64,000 nt of DNA from Phoronis australis (Eukaryota > Animalia > Phoronida): assembly GCA_002633005.1 (NCBI GenBank), contig NMRA01000351.1:235258-299257 (forward strand), read 5' to 3'. The notes below the pieces were generated by a model, which saw nothing but the letters and a program-made list of their open reading frames with translations, was not told the origin of the DNA and did not search any database. Position 1 is the stretch's first letter; each line of letters opens with the position of its first letter. The position numbers and the translations under genes were made by a program. Positions 49,001 to 63,247 of this stretch are shown one piece after another.

Positions 49001-52000
49001 CAAACATGTCACTTTTTTCAGTTTTTTGAGTTGCGGAAAGCATTAACATTATTTGTGCCTTCGGTTTTCAAGTAAAACTGATATAAAGACTCCACGGATT
49101 CAATAAGCTAAAACGAAATCGCGTGAACTTAAAAAGGCTTATAAGCTCTATGACTACGCAAAATGAAATGGCCTCTCTCATTATTCCGTAAGGCGATTAG
49201 CCTGAACCAACATGTATAGTAGGAGTGACGTGAGCTGGAAACAAATGAATTTTTTGCTTGTTTTGCAATAGTGTACATTTCACATACGGCGAGTAACCTC
49301 TGCTGACACAGCGCCACCTATGCCGAAAAGCGTTTCGTAGCACTGTGAAAGAGTATAAACACGGCGAGTGGCCTGTGCTGCGAGTACACAAAGAGAATGC
49401 TTACCGCAGCAACCTACGACTGAAAAGTGGTTTAACGCCGGGTACCAACAGAGTGGGAGCCAGCACGCCGCCAGACCCCTGGCAAACGTAAAAGGTTTTA
49501 TAGTGAGGCGACAGGTTTATCTTACCCTAATCGCCACTCGGTCTTGCCTATTTCCCGGCCACACCCGTGTCACCACCCAGGTTCACTAGAGAAATTCTTC
49601 AGCAAATTGAAGCTGACTATAATTAAACTCCACTGGAGTCGACAACTGTCAAACATTTACCCGCTAGCTGACGGTAAGTATTGCTGTTCTAAGAAGCGCC
49701 AGAATGATCTGCACATTTTGAAGTCATTGACAAATTCTTTGGGAGAAACTCACGCAAAGGAAATCTTCGGTCATTTCGTGAACATCACATCAAGCCCTGC
49801 CTTCCGATTTTGTTCATTCTATCCGGTGGATTGTTACATGACGTCAGTTGCAATGTTCAAAAATAAATTTTCTGGATATGTTTTGTACGGTTGAGTAGGC
49901 GTACACGTAATCTAGTCTATCTCCTTACTAATTATGTTTTTGAGTTATAGATAATGAGCACAAATGTACACATGAAGTTCTGTAACGAGGAAACGACCTG
50001 TTAATTTTCGTTACTGCCCCAGTTGACTGCCCTGATTGATACTCGTCGGTATCGCAATTATATCTGTTTGTCAGTTGCCCAAGGTAACCAGAACCTAAGT
50101 ATAATTTTCGTTTCCTCTGAATTTATTGATTTTCTTATGAGTTTTGTATTTGAGCTACGTTACAACGTTTACCATCGCTAGTCAACTATCATTAAACCTC
50201 TGTCATCTAGCAACACGCATATGAAATCTTTAATGAAATCTTTTCATGATAAATTGACGCCATTATAACATACAGTCTATCTGTAGTTTTTATCTGTGAG
50301 TGGATTTTACTTAAGTAGAAGTCTTTGGTACTTTTTAATACACTTCCCACCCAATTGATTGTCTTGAGCGAGTCGCCTTGTGCAAAATATGGAACCAAGT
50401 AAATAATTAACAACATACAGACAAATCGATCGTTGTGGCGCCAGGTAATACTAATACTTAAAAGAAAATTATCAGCACTGCAGTCAGAATTTAATTCATA
50501 AAGCTCAATCCCAAAATAATCCAAGTTACAATAGGACATGCCATTGGCGCCTCCCCACTCTTCACCGAATTTGCAGATTCGCCCTGCAAGCAAACATTTT
50601 TCTCTCTCTCTGAAGCTCCAGGTTTGATAATTCGTATTATGTACGTAATGCCTTTTCTGTGATTGCTGCATCTCGACATGAGAATAAATTTATTTTTGAA
50701 CACAACTAATTCGAAAAGTTATTTTTTTGCAAAAAATGTCCTCGGGACTACGTGATATGTTGAACGTGTCAGAGTGCATCAGCGCTGGCCTCGCCACTGA
50801 TTACAAAACTTTATCGTGTTGTTGAAGTTCACAACTGGTCTTCCACAGCAACAAAAAGTGACAGTTACCCGCTTACCTCCAATTATTTATTTTCCACAGT
50901 GTGCACGTTTCAGCCATTCTTTCCTATGTACGGTCGTTGCAGCTTTAAATTTTGATTCAACGAAACAAGCGTCATTATTTAAGGTATGTTGAGAAAAGAC
51001 CTGGGTCCTAAACGCTGAAAAACGACCAGGGTCGGTTTTCAAAATTTGACGCTACCTACTGGTATCTTGAGTTAAACAATTTATTCAATGTACATGTATA
51101 TTCAACAACACAACCTGGAAATACCACGCGCGTTATATTTCTTCGAACTAAGGCAGGTACGTAGGTCTGCAAAGGAAAAATTACTGCGTAAAACTAGATT
51201 AATGAAACCCTGTTTCGGGGTTAACTTTACTCGTACATACAGTGTAGAGTCACTAGCCGCGCACAGTAGTAAATGATTTTTGACATCCTCAAAGGCAGCG
51301 GCAATGTGTACACCCTCCGTAAAAATAGTGAAGGGCTCCAGGGGTGCAAAGAGAGTGTGAGAGGGATTGGTAGGGACGTGGCACCAACTCGGATAGTTAC
51401 ATGTATTTTCGCCTCTCAGGTATTTGGGCTTCCTGGTATCGCCTTGGGTGGATTAGTTGGGGTGGGGGCGGGGGTGATTTCATCCTTTGGTTTTGGTATC
51501 ATGTGTCCATTTTCATGGCGGCTCACCCTATTCATGATGTGGAAGGGAACCTCGCCCGCCAGAAAGTCCTGTAACTTCAACTGTAGGCGGATTTAGGGGA
51601 GTCGGGTCCTTCCGCCAATCCGAACAAGACCCCCAAATGGAAACAGCTACATACACTTTTCGTGAAATCGATCGCCGTGCTATCACGCACCAAGGCGATA
51701 TTAACGACGGGTTTGTGATGATGCGGACATAACGGAATAGGTCTATGATTCAATTTCCGAATAATTGTGTCACGTTTTGAATTAGACTTGACTTGCGTTA
51801 TTTGCAAACGCCGGCCGGGAAACGAGTTCAACATAGAGACCGAACTTCGGATGCAGATTGAAAGACGTTAAAATGCGACTGGCATTTGCCATGTGAAAAT
51901 CACAGACTAGAAAAAGCACACAGGTTGCTCGAACCTTTAGCGTTTAGCACTTTCTTTACTTCATTTATTTCTTATTACATGTCAGACATAGTTTCCAAAC

Positions 52001-52929
52001 GTCTCAGATAAATGAGGTACAAAATGAGGTATTTATTTGAGGCTTGGCAATTTTTTTGTTCTAGGGAGACATGAGGCGCACGATTCAGGTGATCGAATTT
52101 TAACTCTGGATCCGTTATCGATATTCTCTTAATCGATACTGTATTTCAATGGTATTTTTGCATTTCCAAGAAAGATGTAAATATAAACACGAACGAAAGC
52201 TATCTTTAAATTTTCGCATAATTGTTGAGTTAATCCCCTGATTGTTCATTCACCTTTTCATTGGGTAGACCCAAAATCAAAGACAATTCCTAGAAAACAT
52301 ACGGTGGTACCTTTTGCTAATGGACTGTGGGACAGACTATTATTTTTATAAATGGGACGCATATCGTTGAAACTAATTTAAACGGACTTAATCAGCGAGG
52401 CAAGAAGTTTCTGAGATCTGCCTCAGCGCGATGAGAATGAAAACCTGTTAATATTAAAGTGTATTTGCTTTCATTCCCTTGAAGCTCCCTTCCAAAGCCG
52501 TCGTGGTTTTGTTTCATGTTTGAGTTCTTAATAAGGCAAATTATCGTTCCTTATACCAGTTCATAACTCCAGGTACTACATAATTTGAATGACTGCTCCT
52601 GAGGGTTTAGAAGGGGAGTTGCCCACAGGAAAAACCAGGTGGGCGCCAAATGGGGGTTACATAGGAGGAGTGCTAAACACGTAAAAACAATTGGGGTATG
52701 TCACATGAGTGTTGAGTCCCTCCCATCGTCACAAATTTTCGTTGCTGTTCTGACCATTGACAACATGTTGCTCCCAGCTCACTACTGGTTTCGTCTCCTT
52801 CCAACAATTTCGCATGTGTTCCCTATTCAATGCACTTCTACACTGCTTGGTCCAAGTCTGCCGCTCTGCTGGTGGAGACAAATCCCACTCGATAAATGGC
52901 AGAGTATTATTCTAAGAGTATTTAACTGG

Positions 52930-53165
52930 TAAAGTCACAAGTAAAGCTTGATTTCAACGAATGTCAAACAGACAACGACGAAATTGGCAATTTGAAATCA
53001 AATGACAAAAATACAACGGATTTTGTCGATTTATGGCGCTGATGAAAGCTAATAACTTCAAGAAATCTGTCCCATCCAACGATAATGCATTTTGCGGCCA
53101 TAAAATTATCAAGTCCCTTCAAATTCTAGAACTTCAAAAAGTTCTTTACCCCTGTGTCTACTTCA
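52930..53165 (+). repeat. Dispersed repeat, one of three copies (others ~45630-45790 and ~56935-57130)
   Basis: Shared tttcaacgaatgtc..cagacaacg..aattggc..aaagcta(a)taacttcaagaa..cccatcca.c.a.aa. Confidence 0.7.
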
Positions 53166-53479
53166 TACATGTATTTCTCAATTTACTAGAGACCAATAAG
53201 GAAATCGGCTCGTCTGCAATCGATTATTTTATCGGTGTTTTTAAATACTATCGATACGTACCAGTAGTTGAATACTTGAGAACCGGTGTGCAGGCCTGAT
53301 GCAGCTTAAAAGAGAATGACTGGATGGTGTCGCAACACAAGGGTCACGGTTCTGTGAGCAAACCATAACAGACAGTGGTGGTTTCCGCTATGATTTTTTG
53401 TACCTTTGCCAACAACAAACTAGCTCTATCCATGCTTTTATTTTTCATTTGTTGTACTAAACAAATATTACAGAATAAA

Positions 53480-53670
53480 TACATCATTATTATTATCATT
53501 GTCGTCACCATAGTCTTCATCGTCACCGCCATCGCCATCGTCATCATCACCATCATCTTCATCGTTATAATCATCTTCATCGCCATAGTCATCGTCTTCG
53601 TCATCATCATCACCATCATCATCATCTTAATCATCACCATCACAATCCTAGTTATCGTCGCCATCATGAT
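53480..53670. repeat. Degenerate (CAT/CGT)n trinucleotide microsatellite
   Basis: catcatcttcatcgtc... accounts for the Ile-rich and Met-rich pseudo-ORFs here. Confidence 0.9.
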
Positions 53671-56600
53671 ACCTATTACTTTAAATAAACTTAGAATTTG
53701 GAGATCTATTTAATGAAACTTGTTTTTTGGTATTAATTGTTAAAAGTCGAAAATTGAAGACGTACATGTATTGCAGAAAAATATAAAATTAGTGTGAGTT
53801 GCATTGTAACCTTTGACGGTTTTACTGAAACAGGTTGCAAGCCAAAGCACGATAAAAAGCTGTTCTGTATCATTTTTCAAATGATCTCTATATATGGCTT
53901 GTTTTACTGATCACTGGCACTGAACACTGCTACACTACTAAGCAGTAAGTGTAGCAAATGACTTCTAAGAAATTCTCATCATCAACATAGTTAATAAGTG
54001 TGCGTTCATTGGAAAATTCCTTACAATTTTTAAAAATGTATCTTAGGAGTTTTCTTCATACAGTGAAATAACACTGTTTTATGAATTTCAATTTAGTCAG
54101 AAAATGAAAGGTGCAAAATGACTGATGTAAGTAAAGCGAATTTCAGAAAAAATAAATTTAGAATGTTGAGAAGCCTGAAATGATTTCTATCTCTATAGAG
54201 GTCATCCATAGCGTCAACAAGTATGTGGAGTTTCAAAAAGCTATCAGGTTTGACGGGGTACCAATCCGTCGAAAATCGGGCCTCTTCAAGTCAGTCAAGT
54301 GACCCTACATGTATTTCCCTTTAATGGTGAATATTAGTTAATATCATAGCAAGGAAAACCTCGAGGCAATTTAAATTTGTGACGTCTAATTTAGGTGACA
54401 TTAGGAATGAAATGTACGTTGAACATTCAAAACTAAAGCCATTTTTTGGAACAGTGAATCGCCATCTAAACCGTCGATGTTGTGACTCGTTTCCTGACTA
54501 GTGTTTTTTCTTAAACCGTGTGCTGTCGCTGTGGGACAAAAATCCTATAACATAAATCAAATTGCCAAGGATATCCTATTGAACTAATATGTATGAATTA
54601 TATCAGTTTTCTCAATTTTTTGGTTTGTATACTACACGCATACTTTGATTCTCGGTCGTGTTTTCAGTACATGGCCTGCGTTCCGTAAACATAAGAGAGT
54701 CTTAAAAATGCAAGAATACGCAAGTCATCGCGAGATGTCGCCATGTATTACAAGCGAGCCACGTGATCACGGAATGGCGACCTCCCGTTTTTTGAACGAC
54801 CGTCAGAATAATCTATATAACACGCTTAAACAGTTAGTCTCCCACTGATTACTGACATGACTGAGGTTTGCTGTTCGATCGATGCACATGGCCATTCATT
54901 GAGTTTCAGGATTATTTTGCGAGTGTTCTATTGTTTTCAACAATACTTTCAAAGAACGTTCAACATTAGCTTGGAATTGTGGTGAGCCTTTATGTCTAGT
55001 CAACATAGCGTGTTTTCAAAATGTCATTCAATTTGTTCTCGGGATTGATTGAGTTTAGGTGGGGTAAACGCAAAATCTAATTGTAAAATGAATAATTTAC
55101 TTTAGAGTCGAGCAAATATCTACTCAGAATGTGTGCCTCATCCCATCTGGCAGAAGACTGAGTCGCCTGCTTCAGTTGCACGTCGGCCGCTGTATACACA
55201 ACAGCAATTGGAGGCTGGGCAAAGCAAAATATACTGATTTCGTCAGAAACATTCGGAAATTGTCTAGAATGATACATTTTGACTTGCCATTTGCATCTCG
55301 TTTTGAGTTTTCGAAATCAGTTGAAGGTTGTCATTCTCAGTCGAAGTAAGTTTTAAAAAGCTCTCATTAGCAAACAAGTGCATTAAAATTTCACATTTTT
55401 GTACTTGAAATGTGAAGACTGAAGCCTTTTAAATTTTCATAGCAAATCAATAATTGCTAATTAGCAAAACATGCATTAAACTTCTAACACTTTCTAAAGA
55501 AACTACAATAAATGCATTTTGAAATACAAACAAAGAGGAAAAAGTGAATGAACGTCAAACTGACTACATTTCAGTTGTCATTTACTCGGCGAGCAGCCAT
55601 GATTCTATTTGAACTTTTCCTTTTCCTAAATATGATACTTGTATAACATACACTCTACTTTAAAAATAAACAATCTGGTTTATAAGTGAAATTTGTTACA
55701 CCGAACTCTATAAAACTTTATTCAACTTCTCATTTATTTTACGGAAAACCTTAGAACACACCTTTGTGTTTATCCACACCTGAAAAGGTTAATTTTAAAT
55801 TCTGAAATGATTTAATGGTATTGGCTCTTCTTACCGCACGGTCCGCTCGTGGGCTTTCATTAACAGCGTCCTTTTCTCATTACAGGCGATAAATGCAGTT
55901 ATTCTCTCACTAAAAGTAGTTTTCCTTTATGTACCAAAATTCACTTCTTACTGACCCAGTTCTTCTCTCATTAACAGCTTTGAGCAGGTGGTAACAGTGT
56001 TCCTTGCTGATAACTGAGTTCTTTTCCCTCGTGCCACAACAAGAGTATTGATTTCATACATAGTCAGAAAATTTCTGTTCTTTGCTTTATGCCACAAAAA
56101 TATTATCTTGCAAATATGCTACTCCCATATATCCCCTGTTCACAAAGATTCATTGCAAAACGCATTTGTTCATTATACCTCAAAATTTAACGTTTGATAT
56201 ATGATCAATTTCCAGCTCATGGTTATGTCTTATAGTACAAGGCGTCCTTGTCTGCTATTCTGTAATTTCCCGTGTAATTTCATTCGACGACCGAAAGCCC
56301 AATGCAAACCTTTAACTTACTACAGGAGCTTAAACGATTCGCTGTAGCATTTCCATGACTATTTTGTACAAGTTTACTCCTTTTTAAAATCTTAGTGTGC
56401 GTCGATTGCAGTTTTGTTTACGGCTAATGCGCCTTCCAACAGAAGAGTAAGTCAATCCGAATTCATAGAATTAATTCCACGAAATGATAAGTGTTCGTGG
56501 AAAAATAGCCCCAGGAAATGCGGTTATAAGAAAAGAATTGATATGGTAAGAACGGAATTGTGGTTGATGTGGAAGAACTAAGAGGTCGTGAGAAAAGAAT

Positions 56601-58676
56601 TGCGTCAATCTGAAAGGCACTCTGTTAATGAGAATGTCCATGCGCACTGTGAAAAATCCAATTTTAAATAAGAAAAACTTGGTGCAGCGCCACCACGAGG
56701 CGAAGAATTTTAATTATGACACATTTCAAAAGAATGTTAGAAAATTAACGTTATCCCTAATTTAGAATTTAATTTAAAAAATATCATGTAGTATTTAAAG
56801 GAAAATCATCTTCGAGAAAAGGGATTTTCTTGAGGTCAGCCTGATCTGCGCAGAATCGAACTTTTAACCAGGATCGCAATCTAATTAAAAGCTCAGTAGA
56901 ATATTTTAAGCCTATTTTACGGGTAAATTTATGGGTTTGGATTTCAACGAATGTCTAGCAGACAACGGCGAGAATTGTCGACTTGTACTAAAATCAACAA
57001 AAATACAACAGACTTTGTTGTTTCATAGCTCGGGCCAAAGCTAACAACTTCAAGAAGTCTAACCCATACAGCAACAACCCCGCCAATCGGTTTTTCGGTC
57101 GTAAACCGATACTCTACATAAGCTTGAATTCTGATGTCAACAAAGACCTGGAAATTTGACTATATCAACATTTTTTGGAAGTGCGTCTGAATGGAACACG
57201 CTTAATTCACTGACTGAATTTTACGTGGGTTAGGATAAGATAGATGTTGACGATGTCATTGGATGGCGACACTGAGTGCACTGGTGGGAAAGTTAGAAAA
57301 CTGTGGGATGAAAAGTAATGTTCCTCAATTTTTGTCAAAAACGAAAAATATACGCTTAGGTTTGGATTTAGATATTTTCACAAATAATTGGATATATACA
57401 CAGGCACATATACATCACGAAAATCAGTTCAGAAGAAGTCATCCTGCAGCTAAAAGTCTGACTCCCATTAAAAATCACAAAGATTACTGGTGGGTAAAAA
57501 GCCGGCTCAAGTGGTCACATTTCTTCAATTTTCAAAACATCACTGTCTTCGTTTACTACAAATGATATCAAAAAATAGAAAAATGAGTAAACATTTTGTT
57601 GAGTATGAATTCGTGGCTTGCGAGAAGAAAAAAGGAAGTGGCCACCGAGTAACATCCCAATGGCTGATGGATTTACCAAAATGTGACATGAACATAAGAC
57701 CGATTAGGTTATTTAAAGAGTTTCATTCACTGCATATGCGGAATTTCGATGACTGTCGATCAAAAAACGTTCGGATTTTATCATTGAACATTTCGAAAAA
57801 ACTAAGCGAGAACATTTTACTGATGAGCCGCTCATAGTCTCTTCCCTTGTGCCTGTGACACAGTCGGCTCTACGTAATCTAAAATAATGTCAGTTTTTCA
57901 ACAATATTTTCTTTGTCATTTGAAAATTTACTGAATTGACTAGCCTGTGCTGTGTTCTGTAGACACAATACACTTACGAAGGGCTTGGCCTTAGAAGTCA
58001 TCGCCGGTCACGTAACGGAAACAGTAATTTCTATCCCATAATACAATTTTCCAACATCACTGATCAATTACTTTCGTTTCCACTATTTTGCTAAGGTACA
58101 AATGTACGATGGTAAGGTATCTAGCTTGCTTACGAAATAATGGCCTTTCGCTTGCGTTATTTGCGTGTGGCAGTGCTCGATTTGGTGATCTACAAGTCGC
58201 TAATGCTACCTCAGATTGTGTTTGGTGACCTGAAAAAAATCCCAAGTCATTTCAAATTATTGATTTGTGAAGTGCGTGTTCTACCGCGTTCCTTTCGCTA
58301 ATTCGGTACTGCCAATACGTTAGCCAGTTACGTGCGGCAAGAAATCTTCGCTAATGGAACAGAGGCAGTCAATAGCGGAGTTGCAACCGAATCGATTTAA
58401 CGATTGCGCATGTCCGGAAATTAGGGTGCGCAAAGGCTACTGGGATTGTTGATGGTAAACGGGATGACCGACTGGTTTGCACGACGTGTAATTTGTGTGC
58501 ATTAAACTACGCTGCTGTATGTAATTCTGCCGCTATTCGCCCTAATTAGCGCCCATGGCTCAACAAGTGCCCCAACGCGTTTTCAGACTTTGCTAAAGTA
58601 AGCGCCCAGCCCATGAACTACATGCGAAAAATGCCCTTACCTACAGTTCTAACGTCTCCAATTTATCAATTGAAAG

Positions 58677-59311
58677 NNNNNNNNNNNNNNNNNNNNNNNN
58701 NNNNNNNNNNNNNNNNNNNNNNNNNNNNNNNNNNNNNNNNNNNNNNNNNNNNNNNNNNNNNNNNNNNNNNNNNNNNNNNNNNNNNNNNNNNNNNNNNNNN
58801 NNNNNNNNNNNNNNNNNNNNNNNNNNNNNNNNNNNNNNNNNNNNNNNNNNNNNNNNNNNNNNNNNNNNNNNNNNNNNNNNNNNNNNNNNNNNNNNNNNNN
58901 NNNNNNNNNNNNNNNNNNNNNNNNNNNNNNNNNNNNNNNNNNNNNNNNNNNNNNNNNNNNNNNNNNNNNNNNNNNNNNNNNNNNNNNNNNNNNNNNNNNN
59001 NNNNNNNNNNNNNNNNNNNNNNNNNNNNNNNNNNNNNNNNNNNNNNNNNNNNNNNNNNNNNNNNNNNNNNNNNNNNNNNNNNNNNNNNNNNNNNNNNNNN
59101 NNNNNNNNNNNNNNNNNNNNNNNNNNNNNNNNNNNNNNNNNNNNNNNNNNNNNNNNNNNNNNNNNNNNNNNNNNNNNNNNNNNNNNNNNNNNNNNNNNNN
59201 NNNNNNNNNNNNNNNNNNNNNNNNNNNNNNNNNNNNNNNNNNNNNNNNNNNNNNNNNNNNNNNNNNNNNNNNNNNNNNNNNNNNNNNNNNNNNNNNNNNN
59301 NNNNNNNNNNN
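58677..59311. other. Assembly gap (N run)
   Basis: Run of n. Confidence 1.
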
Positions 59312-60844
59312 CTATCATCGGAAAGGTAGTACATTCTACTCAGTAAAAATCGAAAAAGTATCAAAATCGGGGCAAGCAGTGTAAAGTTATTGCAAGTTTT
59401 GTGGCGAAATTTGGGTCACTTTGTTTGGATCGCGTCGGCCATATTGGAGGACAGCGGGATAAGTTACGAGTTTAAAACTTTGTGCAAATTGTTTTCGCCG
59501 ACAAATTACGGTGAAATTTAGTTAGACATATCTTTACTTACTATTCTGCACGATTTAACAGTGTTCACCAAATTTCAGCCTCGCAGTTGTTACTCATTAA
59601 GTGATAAATGTGCTCACAATTCCCGTTGGACTTCGTCTCATTTCTGGTGGCACCGACAACATGGCGACTTTTGCTGAACTGAAAGGCATGTTCAATCGGC
59701 TACTTTGTAATTTGTGAAGATTTAACGTTGATAAATTCTGACAAACGTTGCAGCAAAAAAAGAAACTTTGTTTAATTTTCGTGTTTTTTGTGCAAAAATA
59801 TAAGATATATTCGAATTATTTTACTGTAAATTTCCCATTCAGGTGATCTTACTAAGCTAAAAAATAGTTGAAATAATTTTGAAATGGTTTTTTGTTTGAC
59901 TGTCAACTGCTGTAAAGTATTGTGCATTTTAAGTTACTTATTATGTTAAAAGTTTGAATCATTTTGGGTTAATGAATAAAAAATGATAACATGTTGTATT
60001 GGACTTGTCATACTTATGTGCTCGAACGAGCCCCCTTTTTGGAGAACTGGAAAAAGGTCTGCCTCAGTCACAGAAGCACGAATTCCGAAAAAGTAGAAAA
60101 TGAGACAATATTCCACTAGAAGACAGGAAGTACCAAAATTAAGCGTCTACAATTCATAGCTCTGAACATACCCACTGAATCTTATAGTAAAAGATAGACA
60201 TTCCCAAAAATTCCAGCCCCCCATTCTTTTAGGCTTCATACAAAGTCTGGGAAAATCTCTATTGAAAGCCAACAACTTTGCACAGTTCGCCAGAAGTTCC
60301 CAAGTTCTAAATAAATCTCGTTTGAGCGAGCACTGTGGCCAGCGACCAGTTGGGCCTAAGGGTAGCCTTGGCGCAAAGCTGTACATGTATAGGCCTACTA
60401 AGAAGCTGTATTTTGACGATAGTCTTCACTGGTAGTTGGTGACTCAGGCTAACTAAGGTCTGCCGCGGCAGTGTGACACAGGACTAACCAGCCCGTAATT
60501 TCATGCAAGTGGCTGAAACTACCCTTGAATATATGCAGCATTTATGATTTGACCATTTTACTTCGACAAAACAGCTTGCAACCGCATGCATTTACCGTTC
60601 GCCAGTGTCTAGTCTCGATCCGCACCGGGTACGATAGGCTGCGGTCCCGACTCTGGCAAAATATTTTCTGTCAAAATTTATTCGCCACATTTCTTCAACA
60701 AATTCGATAAAATTGTCCGTGGTTTGATTTTATTAAAATTAAGGCGCGCTGTCGATTATTTTATCCCCGTTTGCTGGCTGGTAACAGTACAGGCACTGCT
60801 CCAGTCGCTCTGACGGCGTTTTCTCGGCCTGGGTTCCTGAATGA

Positions 60845-60965
60845 ATTGTACTTCCGGGTTCGCGGCAAGTTCAAAATGGCGGTGGTTCTTCGGGTGCGAA
60901 TCGTGAGTGGCGCGTTCATTTAAACTTTTTTCGAGTACTGATCTTGTATTAGTTATGGGGTAAGT
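60845..60965 (+). promoter_or_regulatory. Putative promoter / non-coding first exon upstream of the sGC gene
   Basis: CpG-richer patch with an ETS-like ACTTCCGG (60850), a YY1-like CAAAATGGCGG (60872) and a G|gtaagt donor at 60960. Confidence 0.4.
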
Positions 60966-62089
60966 ACTTCTTGGGTCCTGCCTCTAACCATGTAATAAGG
61001 GTTAACAACGCGTGCGAGAAGGACTTTAGTATGTTCTAAAGTTCACTCAGGCAAGCCAGTGTTGAGTCCCAGACAAGAGCTTGGTCGGAAACGACTCAAT
61101 CGGTTGAGGGTTAGCGACATGGTGTACTTCGATTTTTTTCTTCACCAATGTCACCAAGTCGCAGCGTAGAGTGTACACTAGTACTCGGGGTAGAAGTAGG
61201 CTTACAATCTATTGGGAAGCCTAGACTACCGGGGGTGATGTATGAACCTATGCCTCCTACGTGTAACTCTGAGGAAACCTGCTTTTGACTAAATTCATAT
61301 TAAATAATTGATATTCAAAGTTTATAAACGTTTTGCATTCCTGTAAGTGGAAAATGCTTAACATGATACTTAACCTTGTTTTGATGATTTCAACCAATTC
61401 TCTTTTTGTCACCTGCGTCATTGCTGTCAATCTTCCAAGTTAAAGGCAGGAATCAACTAAAATATCATACTGCCTATGTCACAGATTGGACATTATATCT
61501 TTGGTGGGTGGTTTTCTCCCACAGTTGCCGTGTAATTCGCTAAAAGCGTAAAGCACGTTTGCCAGTTTAACAGACTTTGAAAGGAGTTTTCAAATTTTGC
61601 TCCAAACTTTTAAGGGTTGTTGAGGGTTACAGAACATAAATTTGTTTCAGAAAGCTGGATGTGTAAGTCGTTTTTAGTATCTGTTAGCAGGACAAAATCG
61701 GGTTTGGTATCATCTTTAGTGTGCAATTGACTGTCTTAAGTTGCCTGTAGGCTCCTTTTAATTTACTAAAGTAGGCGGCCTTGACATGGCGGGCGTTCTG
61801 TGCCTGATTTAGTCGGACTACATGACTGCTTGACAAGATTCAAATGTTAGACGCTGAATAAAAACTGATCTTCGACGAAATGTTTTTAAATGCGTAGATT
61901 TCCCATATGTCCACTTCGCTAATTAGTAATACTGCCTCTTAATTGGTTTTAGTTGTCTTCGCTCATTACATCATGCAGTGGCTTGTCTCAACTCAGCAAA
62001 TCGGAACGACCAACGGACATGTGCACCATCACATATGTCTAAATATCTATAGAGAATAGTCCATCCAAGCAGAACAAGGCGAATGCACA

Positions 62090-62723
62090 ATGTACGGCCT
62101 TCTTTTACAAAGTATATATGATTATCTTAGGACACGTTATGGGGAGCAAACGTTTGATCGAATTCGCGTCAAGGCCAACATTCCTCATCACAGTTTCGCG
62201 ACTCATCAGGTGTATAGCGAGACGGTCATTCCGCGGTTGGCGGCGGCCGCACGAGACGTAACTGGGACACCATATGAGGACGTCATGGAAGGCCTAGGGC
62301 AGTCATTTGTTACTTACATGGGGCAATACGGATATGACAAACTATTACAAGTTCTTGGACGGAACCTTAGAGATTTTCTCAATGGTTTAGACAACTTACA
62401 CGAGTATATCAAGTTTAGTTACCCTAAAATTAATGCCCCGTCCTTTTTCTGCGACTGCGAGACCGCTGCAGGAGTTACGCTGCACTACAGAACAAAAAGA
62501 AAAGGTTTTGTGTATTACGTAATAGGACAGATAAAGGAAGTGGCCCGGCAGTTCTACAACCAGGACATCAAAATTGAAGTAACACGAGTTCAAGAATTCG
62601 AAGCATCAATTCACGTGGTCTATCAACTATATTTCGAGAACTCAGACTTCATGAAAGACGAACAACTCAGCAGCATTCATCCACAAACGAATTTGCAAAT
62701 TAATTCAGACATCTTCTTTGACG
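62090..62723 (+). CDS. Gyc88E: Atypical soluble guanylate cyclase (Gyc88E-like), first coding exon = H-NOX heme domain; gene continues beyond the window
   Basis: MYGLLL..., GQYGYD..L.VLGR..RDFLNGLDNLHEY.KFSYP...APSF.C and LHYRTKRKGFVYY..GQI.EVAR closely match Drosophila Gyc88E as I recall it. Proximal His104; donor G|gtaggt at 62724. Confidence 0.9.
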
Positions 62724-63247
62724 GTAGGTTTAATCGATAAGTAAGATTTACTAGCTTTTTCGAGTCCTTTAAAGTTCCATGCAGCGCCATCAAATCTTGC
62801 TCTGGGAGGAACACTTTGTTGTAGTCTCCCTAATTACACATGGTATCATCATCAGTGATTGCTTCAGGAAAATTCACTAACTTCGCTAACTCGATTAATT
62901 CAAATTTGAGGCTTACGACTTGGTCTTGGCCTAATCAGCGCTGCGCGGGACACTTCCCTATGGTCACCTGCATGAAATAGAACTTTGTAAGTTCGCCAGA
63001 TGCTTCGAGAATTTCAGTGACGCGTGGAATTAGTTATTGTGCATTACTTTTCATACCAAGTTTCTCCAAAAGGCAAGGTTGTTACTTTCTTTTGTATGCA
63101 TTTGGTACCTGAACAAGAATATCTATGTTTTCTAAACCTGTAGAAGGAAAAGAATCAAGGCAACACTATTTAATTTTGCTTAATGGCAACAGTTTGATTG
63201 GCATGGGAACAGTTTAATTGGCATGTTGATTTCAGACTATTTCTACA

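Noticed and set aside
53344-53713. Met-rich and Ile-rich hydrophobic ORFs suggesting membrane proteins
   Set aside because: They are translations of a (CAT)n microsatellite.
58613-59364. ORFs of more than 200 aa
   Set aside because: Almost entirely N gap.
32106-62723. Functional coupling (a mucus/oxygen-sensing system) between the mucin and the sGC gene
   Set aside because: Adjacency across ~28 kb of repeats, an assembly gap and a possibly chimeric LTR is not evidence of co-function in a metazoan genome.
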